From NCBI GenBank assembly GCA_017407995.1, contig JAFQVM010000014.1, forward strand, positions 48,711-112,710: a stretch of DNA of 64,000 nt. The letters run 5' to 3'. The notes below the pieces were generated by a model that was given only the letters and a program-made list of their open reading frames with translations, made no database searches and was not told the DNA's origin. The translations under genes and the position numbers were made by a program. Positions 30,652 through 43,268 of the stretch are shown here, one piece after another (positions within the stretch are counted from its first letter, which is position 1; each line of letters begins with the position of its first letter). This stretch comes from Clostridia bacterium. GTDB taxonomy: Bacteria > Bacillota > Clostridia > Oscillospirales > Acutalibacteraceae.

Positions 30652-31431
30652 TCATATCGCTTTCATTATCAGCTCAACAACATAAAAAATGTCGAAAATT
30701 ACGGGCTGATGTGCGATGTATATTATCAGCGCATTGCGTCCGAGAAAAGACAAAAATTTTGAGCGCTGTTTATAGCTGAATTTCGGAAACGCCCCTGCTT
30801 TCGCATACACTCCGAAAAATGTTCCCGTAAGGAACATAAACAGATGCGGCAAAAGCGGGAAGTAATCTGCCGAATAAAACGATGCCGAATAAAATCCGAA
30901 CGGCATAAAATAGTTAGTCTGATAAAGCGCTGCAGGAAGCTCTATACCGAATTTCCCGGGGAATCCCAGGATTCCGTTGCTCACGTTATAGGTCAGCGCA
31001 TACAAAAGTGCGCAAACGCACACGCCGAGTATGGGATTGACTTTATCAAGCGCCTTGCGCATCAACGAAAAAACCAACATTGAAACAGACAGCAGGTGCA
31101 GTATTCCAAAGTATATCTGTGCCCTGTCAAAACCTATCTGCGGCAGTATAACGACTGTGAGCACTGTCAGACCCAGTGCCACAAGAAACAGCCTTACTCC
31201 TCTTTTTGTATTATCGTGCGACAGGCGTGAGGATATGCCTGATATGACTATAAAAAGTGCTGCAAAATACGGCTGTGCAGGCATGAAAAAATTCAGAAGC
31301 TTCGTACCTGCCTCCATATCAAAGGCGATTGACATGCTGTAAAACGCATGGTAGAACACCATACAAAACACAGCCAAACCACGCAGCTCGTCGAGCAGAT
31401 GTATTCTTTTTCTTCTCCTCGACGCAGCCAC
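30652..31431 (-). CDS. DUF1624 / HGSNAT-like membrane protein
   Basis: RI..LDELRG.A...M..YH, FGILH, DYFPLLP, GR..L.IY..HQP. Confidence 0.85.
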   Translation of the reverse strand: MAASRRRKRIHLLDELRGLAVFCMVFYHAFYSMSIAFDMEAGTKLLNFFMPAQPYFAALFIVISGISSRLSHDNTKRGVRLFLVALGLTVLTVVILPQIGFDRAQIYFGILHLLSVSMLVFSLMRKALDKVNPILGVCVCALLYALTYNVSNGILGFPGKFGIELPAALYQTNYFMPFGFYSASFYSADYFPLLPHLFMFLTGTFFGVYAKAGAFPKFSYKQRSKFLSFLGRNALIIYIAHQPVIFDIFYVVELIMKAI

Positions 31432-31516
31432 GCTATCCCTCCTTTAGGGTTCGACTCCCGTCACCCTACGCACACCTATACATTTTATCACAACGTTGTT
31501 ATTTTGCAAGCCTTTA

Positions 31517-31546
31517 TTGACAACTACCCTCGTTTAGCCGTATAAT
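31517..31546 (+). promoter_or_regulatory. Putative sigma-A promoter of the gtrA-like gene
   Basis: TTGACA-18-TATAAT. Confidence 0.7.
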
Positions 31547-31585
31547 TTTAGCATAATCAAAGTATAATAAGCGGAGAAAATTTTT

Positions 31586-32059
31586 ATGAATAAGCTCAAA
31601 GACCTTATTAAAAAAATAATCAATAAAGAAACCATTATGTATATAATTTTCGGCGTACTCACTACAGTTGTCAATTTTATTGCATTTAAGCTTTTTGATT
31701 TGCTGCTCGGAGTTAAACTTTATCTCATAACAAACGTTATCGCATGGGTCATAGCTGTTGCATTTGCTTATATTACAAACAAGCTCTTCGTATTCGAAAG
31801 CAAGAGTTGGGCACCCTCTGTTATCCGACGTGAGATACCTTCTTTCGTCGCCGCAAGGCTGTTTTCTCTCGGAGTTGAGGAAGTCGGCCTTATCTTCTTC
31901 GTAAGCCTGTTAAAGTTCGGAGAAAAAAGTTTTATGATACCTCTTATCAATTTCGAAATCAGCGGTACAATGGCTGCAAAACTGATTCTTGCCGTCGTGG
32001 TAGTCATATTAAACTACTTTTTCAGTAAACTTATTATATTCAGAAAAAAGCAGAAATAA
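31586..32059 (+). CDS. GtrA family membrane protein
   Basis: YIIFGVLTT.VN, FAY.TNK.FVF, LNY.FSKL.IF. Confidence 0.9.
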   Translation: MNKLKDLIKKIINKETIMYIIFGVLTTVVNFIAFKLFDLLLGVKLYLITNVIAWVIAVAFAYITNKLFVFESKSWAPSVIRREIPSFVAARLFSLGVEEVGLIFFVSLLKFGEKSFMIPLINFEISGTMAAKLILAVVVVILNYFFSKLIIFRKKQK

Positions 32060-32074
32060 TTAACCCTAAATAAT

Positions 32075-32110
32075 AAAAAGGTGGAGTATCATGGGATACT
32101 CCGCCTTTTT
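32075..32110. terminator. Bidirectional intrinsic terminator
   Basis: AAAAAGGTGGAGTATC / GATACTCCGCCTTTTT. Confidence 0.8.
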
Positions 32111-32114
32111 CATA

Positions 32115-33335
32115 TCAGTTAACACTATCGCCGCCTGTTTCGGGCTCAGCCTCTTCTGTCTCTTCGTTTTTCTCCGACTTCTCTTTTTTCTTACCGCTCT
32201 TCCAAATACGCACAACGCCCTCATCATTGAGAACCTTAAGAACAGTAATCATAATCGGTAAGAGGAATATTCCTATAACACCGAACAGCTGCAAGCCGAT
32301 ATACATACCCATAATGCTGACTATCGGCGGAATGCCGAGGTTGCTTGCAACGATTTTCGGCTCAATCACCTGACGTATAACCGTTATGCACGCATATATC
32401 ACCAACAGACCTATACCCATTCCGTAACGTCCGGTTATAAGCATGAACACGCCCCACGGTATAAGTATGGTTCCTGTTCCGAGAACGGGGAATATGTCGA
32501 CCATAGCTGTGATTACCGCTATAATAAAGAGATAGCTGCCTCCGTAGACACCTATTATCTTCAGTACACTCAGTCCTATACACATTTCAACAAAAGTTAT
32601 AAGCATGATAAGAACATAGGACTTTACAAGTTTACCGACCGAGGAAAAAACTATATCCTTTGTCTTTGAAACATTTCTTCTTTTTTCGGGACTAAGCTGT
32701 CTCTTCACAAAACCGACTATTCTGTCATAGTCTGAAGTGATAAAACAACTTGCTATTACAAATATCAGACAGCCTACCAGCACGCTGGGTATCTGCTTTG
32801 CCGTTGCCCACACGCCGCTCAAGGGTGTTTCAAGCATAGAAAAAATATCGATTCCCGTACTCTGCTGAAGATGGGTTAGTTCCCCACGCTCCTCAGATGA
32901 CAAAAGCAGCTTGTCCGTAAAGTTTTCTATCGTAGTGCGCAGCGTATCGCCTATTCCGTCAGGAAGTTTGTCCGTCACTCCCAAGAGGGTCGCCTCTATA
33001 CTCTTTATAAAGTCAGGAAGTCTGCCGATATAAGCCATAAGCGAATCCGCAAAACCTCTGACCTCCGACATTACTTTTACTCCCGCAAGAGCTATCACTG
33101 TCAGAACAGCGACAAGCACGAGAATGACGAGCAAAACCGAGGCAAGACCTTTCTTTATCGGTGTTTTTTCGGCGATTGCATTAGCCGGCTTCTGAAGCAC
33201 AGCGCCGAAAATAAATGCAAAAATAAACGGCGAAAGCGTGCCGAAAGCATATTTCATAAACAGATAAAATGCACTCAACAACAACACGATATATGCGGTA
33301 TTTATCAAAACCGCTTTTTTCTTTTCAACCGACAT
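32115..33335 (-). CDS. ytvI: Sporulation integral membrane protein YtvI (AI-2E family)
   Basis: D.FPVLGTG..LIPW, RQVIEPKIV...LG.PP. Confidence 0.85.
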   Translation of the reverse strand: MSVEKKKAVLINTAYIVLLLSAFYLFMKYAFGTLSPFIFAFIFGAVLQKPANAIAEKTPIKKGLASVLLVILVLVAVLTVIALAGVKVMSEVRGFADSLMAYIGRLPDFIKSIEATLLGVTDKLPDGIGDTLRTTIENFTDKLLLSSEERGELTHLQQSTGIDIFSMLETPLSGVWATAKQIPSVLVGCLIFVIASCFITSDYDRIVGFVKRQLSPEKRRNVSKTKDIVFSSVGKLVKSYVLIMLITFVEMCIGLSVLKIIGVYGGSYLFIIAVITAMVDIFPVLGTGTILIPWGVFMLITGRYGMGIGLLVIYACITVIRQVIEPKIVASNLGIPPIVSIMGMYIGLQLFGVIGIFLLPIMITVLKVLNDEGVVRIWKSGKKKEKSEKNEETEEAEPETGGDSVN

Positions 33336-33532
33336 CTGCACAAAACCACTCCTTCCCTTTGCACACATCAAATTCATAGCTTTATTTTATACCATTTACT
33401 TCTAAAACTCAATCTATTAATAAAATACTTCAAAAAAAGTTTAAAAAGTTTATTTTTAGGGCTTTATCCGTTCGATTCTTTGTGGTAAAATAGTTTTTGG
33501 TTAATTGACTTTACCAAGGAGAGATTAAATTT

Positions 33533-34774
33533 ATGTATATTGCTATAATGGGTTACGGAGTTGTCGGGTCCGGCGTTGCACAGGTAATAAACAAAAACCA
33601 CGACAGCATCGTCAGAAAAAGTACCCAGTCCGAATTGGAGATAAAATACATATTGGATATCCGTGATTTTCCCGGCGACCCCAATGAGAAACTTTTTGTC
33701 AAGGACTTTGACGTGATTCTCAATGACCCCGATATAAAAATTGTTGTTGAGACCATGGGCGGTCTTCACCCCGCTTATGAGTTTGTCTCTGCTTGTCTCA
33801 AAGCAGGCAAACACGTTGTCACATCAAACAAGGAGCTTGTCGCTGAAAAAGGCTGCGAGTTGCTCGGTTATGCCGCACAGAACAATGTAAACTTTTTGTT
33901 TGAAGCGAGCGTCGGCGGCGGTATTCCGATTATCCGTCCGATAAGCCAGTGCCTTGCCGCAAATGAGATTGACGAATTTGCCGGAATCCTCAATGGAACA
34001 ACAAACTTCATTCTCACCAGAATGATAAACGATAATATGCCCTTTGAAGAGGCTCTTCGCCTCGCTCAGGATAACGGTTACGCTGAGCGTGACCCCTCCG
34101 CCGATATCCTCGGTCACGATGCCTGCCGCAAGGTTTGTATCCTCGCATCACTCTGCTTTGGTAAACATGTGTATCCCGGCCAGGTTCATACCGAAGGTAT
34201 AACAGAAATTACCCTTGAGGACGTAGAATATGCTAAAAACTGGGGCGGCGTTATAAAGCTTCTCGGCAGAGCTAAGCGTTCAGAGGACGGAAAACAGATT
34301 TCCGCAATAGTCAGCCCTGCTTTTGTTGACCACCACAGCCAGCTTGCAGGTGTTGACGATGTGTTCAACGCAATTCTCGTACGTGGCGATGCCATAGGCG
34401 ATGTCGTATTCTACGGCAGAGGCGCAGGCAAACTGCCCACCGCAAGTGCTGTTGTCGGCGATGTTATCGACTGCGCACGCCATGAGAACAAGCAGAAGTT
34501 CTTCGGCTGGGCCGACAGTCAGGACGGATATGTATCAGACTATCTGGATGCGACCACTTCTCTCTATGTCAGAGCCAACTGCAACCACCCGTCCGAAACT
34601 CTTTCCAATGCACAAAAAGCTTTCGGTGAGATAAAAGTTCTCAAGCGTCCCAACGCTCCCGAAAATGAGATTGCTTTTGTGACCCCTGTAGCTACCGAGA
34701 GAGAGCTCAGAACAAAGCTTGAAACCGTACTCGGTCTTGAAGTTATAACAACTATCAGAGTTACGGATTATTGA
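33533..34774 (+). CDS. hom: Homoserine dehydrogenase
   Basis: GYGVVGSG, VTSNK, FEASVGGGIP, GILNGTTN, GRGAG..PTASAV. Confidence 0.96.
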   Translation: MYIAIMGYGVVGSGVAQVINKNHDSIVRKSTQSELEIKYILDIRDFPGDPNEKLFVKDFDVILNDPDIKIVVETMGGLHPAYEFVSACLKAGKHVVTSNKELVAEKGCELLGYAAQNNVNFLFEASVGGGIPIIRPISQCLAANEIDEFAGILNGTTNFILTRMINDNMPFEEALRLAQDNGYAERDPSADILGHDACRKVCILASLCFGKHVYPGQVHTEGITEITLEDVEYAKNWGGVIKLLGRAKRSEDGKQISAIVSPAFVDHHSQLAGVDDVFNAILVRGDAIGDVVFYGRGAGKLPTASAVVGDVIDCARHENKQKFFGWADSQDGYVSDYLDATTSLYVRANCNHPSETLSNAQKAFGEIKVLKRPNAPENEIAFVTPVATERELRTKLETVLGLEVITTIRVTDY

Positions 34775-34795
34775 TTTTAAACACCAAAAAAAAAC

Positions 34796-34823
34796 AACGC
34801 CGTCTGAAAAATCAGACGGCGTT
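34796..34823. terminator. Bidirectional intrinsic terminator between hom and argS
   Basis: AACGCCGTCTGA / TCAGACGGCGTT with A- and T-runs on the flanks. Confidence 0.8.
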
Positions 34824-34832
34824 ATATTTTTT

Positions 34833-36581
34833 TTACATTGACTCAGGAACCGTGATTTTAAGCATGGTGAGTATATTTCTCAAAACATCCCTGACGCACA
34901 GACACAGATATATTCTTGCTGCGCTCAAATCCTTATCGTCGCAGTTGACACGGCAGGCGTTATAGAACTTGTGGAACAGTGTTGCAAGCTCTACGCAGTA
35001 GCGTGTAATTCTTGCGGGGTCATAATTTTTAGCCGAAAGAACTATCTCATCGGTAAGCGATGCGAGATGTCTGATTATCTCACGCTCCTCAGTAGCCTTG
35101 AGCATATCGAGCTGTTCATCGGTGCAGTCTGAAATCTCTATGCCCTGCTCCTGAAGCTTTCTGAGAATACTGCATATACGTGCATGAGCATACTGACAGT
35201 AGTAAACGGGATTCTGTGAATTCTGAGCTACAGCTAAGTCAAAATCAAACTCCATCTTTGAGGCAGGCTCACGCATGTTAAACAGGAATCTAACGGCATC
35301 AATCGGAATCTCTTCAAGCAAGTCAACAAGTGTTATCGCCTTGCCCGTACGCTTTGACATACGAATAGGCTTTCCGTCTTTCATCAGCAAAACAAGTTGC
35401 ATAAGAACCACATCAAGCTTGTCGCCGTCAAGACCGATAGCGTCAAGTGCACCTTTCATTCTGGCAACGTGACCGTGGTGGTCAGCACCCCAGATATCAA
35501 TGGCTCTGTCAAAGCCTCTTACTGCAAACTTATTACGGTGATAAGCGATATCAGCGGCAAAATAAGTGGGATTACCGTTCTGGCGGATGAGTACGTCATC
35601 CTTGAGCTCAAGCTTGTCTATCTCCTCTTGAGTCTTGCCCTGTTCGAGAAGCTTCTTAGTCATTACCTCACGGTTTTTGTACCACAGTGCGCCGTCAAGC
35701 TCATAGGTAAGACCTTTCTCTTTCATCAGCTCAATAGTATCCTTAAGCTCTGTACCGTTGTGCAGAGTGCTCTCAAGAAACCATGTATCATACTCGATTC
35801 TGTATTTTGAAAGATTGTCATGCATTGCCTGAATATTCTTGGGCAGCGCATACTCAACAAGAGCCGCTCTGCGCTCTGCTTCAGTTGCATCAATATATTT
35901 ATCGCCATGGATATCGGCAAATTCCTTTGCACGTACCATGATATCCTCACCGTGATAACTGTCCTCAGGCAGTTCGGGAGCATTATCTCCCTTATATATC
36001 TGCTGATAGCGGATATCGAGTGACAGTGCAAACTTTTCTATCTGATTACCTGCATCGTTTACATAGAACTCACGGCTGACATCATAGCCCGCAAAATCCA
36101 TAACCGCTGCAAGGCAGTCACCTAAAGCTCCGCCACGGGCATTGCCCATGTGCATGGGTCCCGTCGGATTGGCAGATACAAACTCGACATTCACCTTTTC
36201 ACCCTTGCCGAAATCCGAGCGTCCGTAGTTTTCGCCCTTTGTGCGGATATCCTTCAATATCTCGGAGTAAAAGCGGTCTGAAAGTCTGAAGTTTATAAAT
36301 CCGGGACCTGCAGACTCGCAGGAAGCAAAAAAACTGCCGTCAAGACAGATATTCTTAGTTATAGCCGCAGCTATCTGTGCAGGCGCACGACGGAAAGTCC
36401 TCGCCCAAGCCATGGCGGCATTGGTCGAATAGTCACCGTTATCTCTGTTGGCAGGAACCTCTATGTTAAAAGCTCCAAGCTCCGCCTGCGGTAACTCGCC
36501 CGTTTCCATAGCTTTATTAGCAGCCTCAGTTATAAGTGCGCTCAGCTTGTCCTGAACCTGTTTTACAAGCACTGACATCAA
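34833..36581 (-). CDS. argS: Arginine--tRNA ligase
   Basis: EFVSANPTGPMHMGN, WGADHHG, MSKRTG, YAHARI. Confidence 0.98.
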   Translation of the reverse strand: MMSVLVKQVQDKLSALITEAANKAMETGELPQAELGAFNIEVPANRDNGDYSTNAAMAWARTFRRAPAQIAAAITKNICLDGSFFASCESAGPGFINFRLSDRFYSEILKDIRTKGENYGRSDFGKGEKVNVEFVSANPTGPMHMGNARGGALGDCLAAVMDFAGYDVSREFYVNDAGNQIEKFALSLDIRYQQIYKGDNAPELPEDSYHGEDIMVRAKEFADIHGDKYIDATEAERRAALVEYALPKNIQAMHDNLSKYRIEYDTWFLESTLHNGTELKDTIELMKEKGLTYELDGALWYKNREVMTKKLLEQGKTQEEIDKLELKDDVLIRQNGNPTYFAADIAYHRNKFAVRGFDRAIDIWGADHHGHVARMKGALDAIGLDGDKLDVVLMQLVLLMKDGKPIRMSKRTGKAITLVDLLEEIPIDAVRFLFNMREPASKMEFDFDLAVAQNSQNPVYYCQYAHARICSILRKLQEQGIEISDCTDEQLDMLKATEEREIIRHLASLTDEIVLSAKNYDPARITRYCVELATLFHKFYNACRVNCDDKDLSAARIYLCLCVRDVLRNILTMLKITVPESM

Positions 36582-36601
36582 AAATCATCCTTTCAGCTTC
36601 T

Positions 36602-37024
36602 TCAGACCGGTTTTACGGTTATTTTCAATTCGTTTATTGCCGCAAAATCCGCATTTATATCTATTGTGTAGTTAAGCAGCAAACCGCCGCCGTTTTCGCT
36701 CATATCCGACTCTACCTTACGTGCAAACACTCCCATGACTATCTCACCCATTGGTGTCATGTAATGGCACAGGTGGCGTTTCTCACGTTCGATTATCATC
36801 TGCGTAGTGTATTCGCCTTCACGGGTCATTGTAACAACTCCGTCACCCTCGCATTGAAGCGTTGTAACACAGCCCTTTAGCCCCTCTCCTGTCTCCTCAT
36901 AAATCAGCTCATAGCCGCCCTCAAAACACTCCAACGTGCCTAAAACGTTAAGCTCTGACGAATAACTGTCCTGAGCATCGGAGTGCGTATCGGCAATATT
37001 TATAACAACTTTTTTCTTCATCAA
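36602..37024 (-). CDS. DUF1934 family protein
   Basis: Y.E, V...R.G, Y.TP.G motifs; classic position upstream of argS. Confidence 0.8.
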   Translation of the reverse strand: MMKKKVVINIADTHSDAQDSYSSELNVLGTLECFEGGYELIYEETGEGLKGCVTTLQCEGDGVVTMTREGEYTTQMIIEREKRHLCHYMTPMGEIVMGVFARKVESDMSENGGGLLLNYTIDINADFAAINELKITVKPV

Positions 37025-37142
37025 ACAAGCTCTTTTCTCTGCTTTTCTGTTAGTTTTTTATGATATCACAGCATGCAGCTTTCGTCAAGCGTAAAACAGG
37101 CGATTTTCTTTCGAATAAACGACAACAAATATCAAAAAACAC

Positions 37143-37171
37143 ATGACAAAACCAATAATCTATGTTATACT
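37143..37171 (+). promoter_or_regulatory. Putative sigma-A promoter of the hypothetical-gyrB-gyrA unit
   Basis: ATGACA-17-TATACT with extended TG. Confidence 0.6.
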
Positions 37172-37230
37172 ATATAAGTATATATAAACTTATATATTTA
37201 TCTATGTATTTATATTAAAGGAGAACTGTT

Positions 37231-38109
37231 ATGACTGACATCAAAATCGCTCTGGGCGCCATTTTAGAGGGCATCGAGCCCATCGTTACCGAGTTGGGTT
37301 TTAAGCCCGTATATCCCGATAATATAACTTCGGACGAGCCTCCCGTAACCATATCCAGCGGACGTGCCGTTATGGACTTTTCGGGGGAAAACAAGGCTCT
37401 GCGCATCGAGCATTATGACAACAAAATCACTCTTCTCTGCGCTGAAAACGAAAACGGTGTAAGCGATGCGGATTACGGCAAAATCGCTCACTCTCTGCTC
37501 GACCTCAACACCGCTGACGAAAAGGATTTTCGCTATCTTGCAAACGAGTTTTCAGAGCTTATCACAGAGCGTTTTGGCAAGAAGTCAGCAGCAAAGAAGA
37601 AGACCAAGCTTCCCACTCCAGTTTCAAAGGCAGCTGCCAAAAACGGTGATGCATGCTACGACTCTAACACCTTTGCAAACAGACTCAGCGTTATCTATCC
37701 CGAACTTCGTGAGCCGTACAAGCAGAACATCGAAAAGTACGGCCAGTTCCTGCCCGAGGAATTCTTTAAAATACACGGCGCTCCCGTTATTATCTCCGTG
37801 ATTAAAGAGAATAACCCGCAGAAGATGAGAAAACTCTTTAACCTTCTCAACGAAATCTATGACGACGGCACAAACGAGATTCAGGACATCATAGTTGTCA
37901 CTATTCTCGGTCAACTCAACAACGACCAGGAGCTTCTTGCAAACTGCGTTGACTATATGAGTGTGGATATGACCTCACCCGTCATTCAGGTGAACAAGTA
38001 CCTTGCAAAGTCAAAGAGCGCAAGAATGAGACTTGAAAATCCGCCAAAATACAAGCCCAAGAAAAAGAAGAGAAAGAGTGTGTTCTCCACTCTCACAAAT
38101 CAGCAATAG
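37231..38109 (+). CDS. Hypothetical protein with basic C-terminal tail
   Basis: AAGGAG RBS, codon usage like neighbouring core genes, 36 bp upstream of gyrB. Confidence 0.8.
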   Translation: MTDIKIALGAILEGIEPIVTELGFKPVYPDNITSDEPPVTISSGRAVMDFSGENKALRIEHYDNKITLLCAENENGVSDADYGKIAHSLLDLNTADEKDFRYLANEFSELITERFGKKSAAKKKTKLPTPVSKAAAKNGDACYDSNTFANRLSVIYPELREPYKQNIEKYGQFLPEEFFKIHGAPVIISVIKENNPQKMRKLFNLLNEIYDDGTNEIQDIIVVTILGQLNNDQELLANCVDYMSVDMTSPVIQVNKYLAKSKSARMRLENPPKYKPKKKKRKSVFSTLTNQQ

Positions 38110-38112
38110 TAA

Positions 38113-40143
<2,031 letters not shown>

Positions 40144-40166
40144 TTTTTGGAAAGGAATAATCAAAA

Positions 40167-42683
40167 ATGAGCTTTGGTGACGCACGTGACACTCAAAAAA
40201 TTATAAATGTTGATTTAAACAGAGAAGTGCGCAAATCGTTTCTCGACTACTCGATGACGGTTATCACCTCACGTGCACTTCCTGATGTCAGGGACGGTTT
40301 AAAACCCGTTCACCGCAGAATACTTTATACAATGCACGAAAACGGACTGACTCCCGACAAAGCATACAGAAAGTGTGCTGACACCGTCGGTTCCGTTCTC
40401 GGTAGATATCATCCTCACGGTGACGCATCCGTTTACGATGCAATGGTACGTCTCGCACAGACCTTCTCAATGAGATATATTCTTGTTGACGGTCATGGAA
40501 ACTTCGGTTCCGTCGACGGCGACCCGCCTGCTGCATACCGTTATACGGAGTCCAGAATGAGCAAAATGGCTCTAAGGATGCTTACAGATATCGACAAAGA
40601 TACAGTTGACTTTACCACCAACTACGATGACCGTCTTAAAGAGCCTACCGTTTTGCCCTCAAGATTCCCGAATCTTCTGGTCAACGGCTCAGTAGGTATC
40701 GCAGTCGGTATGGCATCAAACATTCCGCCTCACAATCTTGGTGAGGTTATCGACGGAATGTGCGCTCTTATCGACAATCCCGATATCGACCTTGACGGTC
40801 TTATGGAGCACATAAAGGGACCTGACTTCCCCACAAGAGGCGTTATTATGGGCAGGTCGGGCATCAGAGCCGCTTACAGCACCGGCAGAGGCAAAATTAC
40901 TCTGCGTGCTAAAACAGAAATTGTCGAAAAGAAAAACGGCAGATTTGAAATTCAAGTCACCGAAATTCCCTACATGGTAAACAAGGCAAGACTCATTGAA
41001 AGTATTGCTAACCTTGTTAAGGACAAGCGTATTGAGGGCATTTCCGATGTCAATGACTACTCTTCAAAGAAGGGTATGCTCATTTCAATCGACCTCAAAA
41101 GAGATGCAAACCCGCAAGTCGTTCTCAATCAGCTTTTCAACTACACACAGCTTCAGGACACCTTCGGAGCAATAATGATTGCTCTTGTCAACGGTGAGCC
41201 CAAACAGCTTTCACTTAAAGAGATTCTCAATCACTATATCAAGTTCCAAGAGGAAGTCATCACCCGCAGAACAAGATATGACCTCAAAAAAGCTCAGGAC
41301 AGAGCTCACATACTTGAGGGTCTCGCAAAGGCTATCGATATTGTTGATGAGATTATTGCTACAATCAGAGCCTGTAAGGGCGGTCAGGCAGAAGCCAAGA
41401 CTGCAATTATGGAAAAATTTGATTTTGACGAGCCTCAGGCAGCCGCTATCGTAGCTTTCCGTCTCGGTCAGTTGGCAGGTCTTGAAATTCTCAAGATTAC
41501 CAATGAGCTCAATGAACTTAATGCCAAAATCGCAGAGTTCCTCGAAATTCTCGGCGACGAAGCAAAGGTTCTTGAAATCGTTAAGAACGAAGCGATGGCT
41601 ATACGTGACAAGTTTGCCGACGAGAGAAGAACAGAAATTGTCAATGTCTCGGGCGAGGTTGACATTGAGGACCTTATCCCCGAAGAGACCTGCGTATTCA
41701 CTCTGACAAATATGGGCTACATCAAGCGTATCCCCGCAGATGAATACAAACAGCAGCACAGAGGCGGCAGAGGCGTTAAGGGTCTTACACGCAGAGATGA
41801 GGACGTTGTTAAGACAATGTTCACCTGCTCAACCCACGATTACATTATGTTCTTCACCACAAAGGGTAAGACATACAGACTTAAAGGCTATGAGATTCCC
41901 GAGGGCTCACGTCAGAGCAAGGGTATGAACATAGTTAACCTGCTGCCGGTTGAAGATGGCGAAAAGGTTTCCGCAATGATAAGAGTTCCCGAATTCGGCG
42001 AGGACAACTATTATCTGTGTATGCTCACAAGAAACGGTATTATCAAACGTACCGAACTTGATGCTTATAAGAATGTACGTAGAAACGGTGTTATTGCCAT
42101 TAACCTCGACGACGATGATGAGCTTGCTTGGGTCAATCTTACCGAGGGCGGCGAAAACCTCATAATAGCCACTCATAAGGGTATGGCAATCGCTTTCCGT
42201 GAGGATGATGCAAGAGTCATCGGCAGAACCGCAAGAGGTGTACGTGCTCTTAAGCTCAAAGAGGGCGACTATGTTATAGGCATGGATATCCTTGCCGAAG
42301 GCAAAAAGGTTCTCACAGTCAGCGAGACCGGTTACGGACGCCTTAGCGAAATCGACAACTACAGAATCCAGAACAGAGGCGGTTCGGGTCTTACAAACTA
42401 CCACACCGAAAAATACGGCGATATTTCAGCTGTTGCCGTTGTTGATGAGAGCGAAGATGTCATCTTCATTTCTTCAGACGGTATAATTATAAGAATTCCC
42501 GTTTCGCAGATCAGCACCTTTGCACGTCCGTCAAAGGGTGTTCGTGTAATGCGTGTATCCGAGGGTGAAAAGCTCGTCACCGTTGCTTGTGCACCGAGTG
42601 AGGAAAACGAAGAACCCGAAAATACTGCTTCTGATGACGAAATTACCGCCGACAGCAGCGAAACAGAAGAGAAAAATGACTAA
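40167..42683 (+). CDS. gyrA: DNA gyrase subunit A
   Basis: [25 protein letters not shown]; GyrA-box QHRGGRG. Confidence 0.96.
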   Translation: MSFGDARDTQKIINVDLNREVRKSFLDYSMTVITSRALPDVRDGLKPVHRRILYTMHENGLTPDKAYRKCADTVGSVLGRYHPHGDASVYDAMVRLAQTFSMRYILVDGHGNFGSVDGDPPAAYRYTESRMSKMALRMLTDIDKDTVDFTTNYDDRLKEPTVLPSRFPNLLVNGSVGIAVGMASNIPPHNLGEVIDGMCALIDNPDIDLDGLMEHIKGPDFPTRGVIMGRSGIRAAYSTGRGKITLRAKTEIVEKKNGRFEIQVTEIPYMVNKARLIESIANLVKDKRIEGISDVNDYSSKKGMLISIDLKRDANPQVVLNQLFNYTQLQDTFGAIMIALVNGEPKQLSLKEILNHYIKFQEEVITRRTRYDLKKAQDRAHILEGLAKAIDIVDEIIATIRACKGGQAEAKTAIMEKFDFDEPQAAAIVAFRLGQLAGLEILKITNELNELNAKIAEFLEILGDEAKVLEIVKNEAMAIRDKFADERRTEIVNVSGEVDIEDLIPEETCVFTLTNMGYIKRIPADEYKQQHRGGRGVKGLTRRDEDVVKTMFTCSTHDYIMFFTTKGKTYRLKGYEIPEGSRQSKGMNIVNLLPVEDGEKVSAMIRVPEFGEDNYYLCMLTRNGIIKRTELDAYKNVRRNGVIAINLDDDDELAWVNLTEGGENLIIATHKGMAIAFREDDARVIGRTARGVRALKLKEGDYVIGMDILAEGKKVLTVSETGYGRLSEIDNYRIQNRGGSGLTNYHTEKYGDISAVAVVDESEDVIFISSDGIIIRIPVSQISTFARPSKGVRVMRVSEGEKLVTVACAPSEENEEPENTASDDEITADSSETEEKND

Positions 42684-42805
42684 AAAGCATATTTTTTTGT
42701 AACTTGTTACAAAAAAAACTTGTCATATTTAAGTTTGTCTGCTATTATATTCGTAAGGTTTTATTTAAATCTCAGTTCTATAAATCTATAAAGGGGGACT
42801 CCTAC

Positions 42806-43207
42806 TTGAACATTGCTCTTATGGCCCATGACTCGAAGAAAGAACTTATGACCCAATTCTGCATAGCTTACTGCGGAATTTTGAGCCGACATTCTCTCTG
42901 TGCAACCGGCACCACCGGCAAACTCGTCTCAGAGGCCACAGGGCTTACTATCCAGCGCTTTTTGAGTGGTCCCCAGGGTGGAGACCAGCAGATTGCATCA
43001 CGCATAGCGTGCGATGAAATTGACCTTCTGCTTATGTTCAGAGACCCCTCCACCCCCAAACCACATGAGCCGAATGATGCTAATCTCCTGCGTCTGTGCG
43101 ACGTACACAACATTCCCGTCGCCACAAATATCGCTACTGCTGAGGCACTGATTCACAGCCTTGCACGAGGCGACCTCGACTGGCGTGACATAGTAAACCC
43201 AAAATGA
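42806..43207 (+). CDS. mgsA: Methylglyoxal synthase
   Basis: IAL.AHD.KK, ATGTTG, SGP.GGDQQI, HEP, CDVHNIP.ATN; TTG start after AAGGGG. Confidence 0.95.
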   Translation: MNIALMAHDSKKELMTQFCIAYCGILSRHSLCATGTTGKLVSEATGLTIQRFLSGPQGGDQQIASRIACDEIDLLLMFRDPSTPKPHEPNDANLLRLCDVHNIPVATNIATAEALIHSLARGDLDWRDIVNPK

Positions 43208-43268
43208 TTTTAATATGAGGCGGAGCAATCCGCCTCAATTTACTGTTTTTTTGAAAGGATTGAAAAGA

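Noticed and set aside
31445-31468. GGGTTCGACTCCC resembling a tRNA T-arm or an att-site remnant
   Set aside because: No acceptor, D or anticodon arms and no CCA. It is better explained as a TAGGGT/ACCCTA hairpin just upstream of the DUF1624 RBS on the minus strand.
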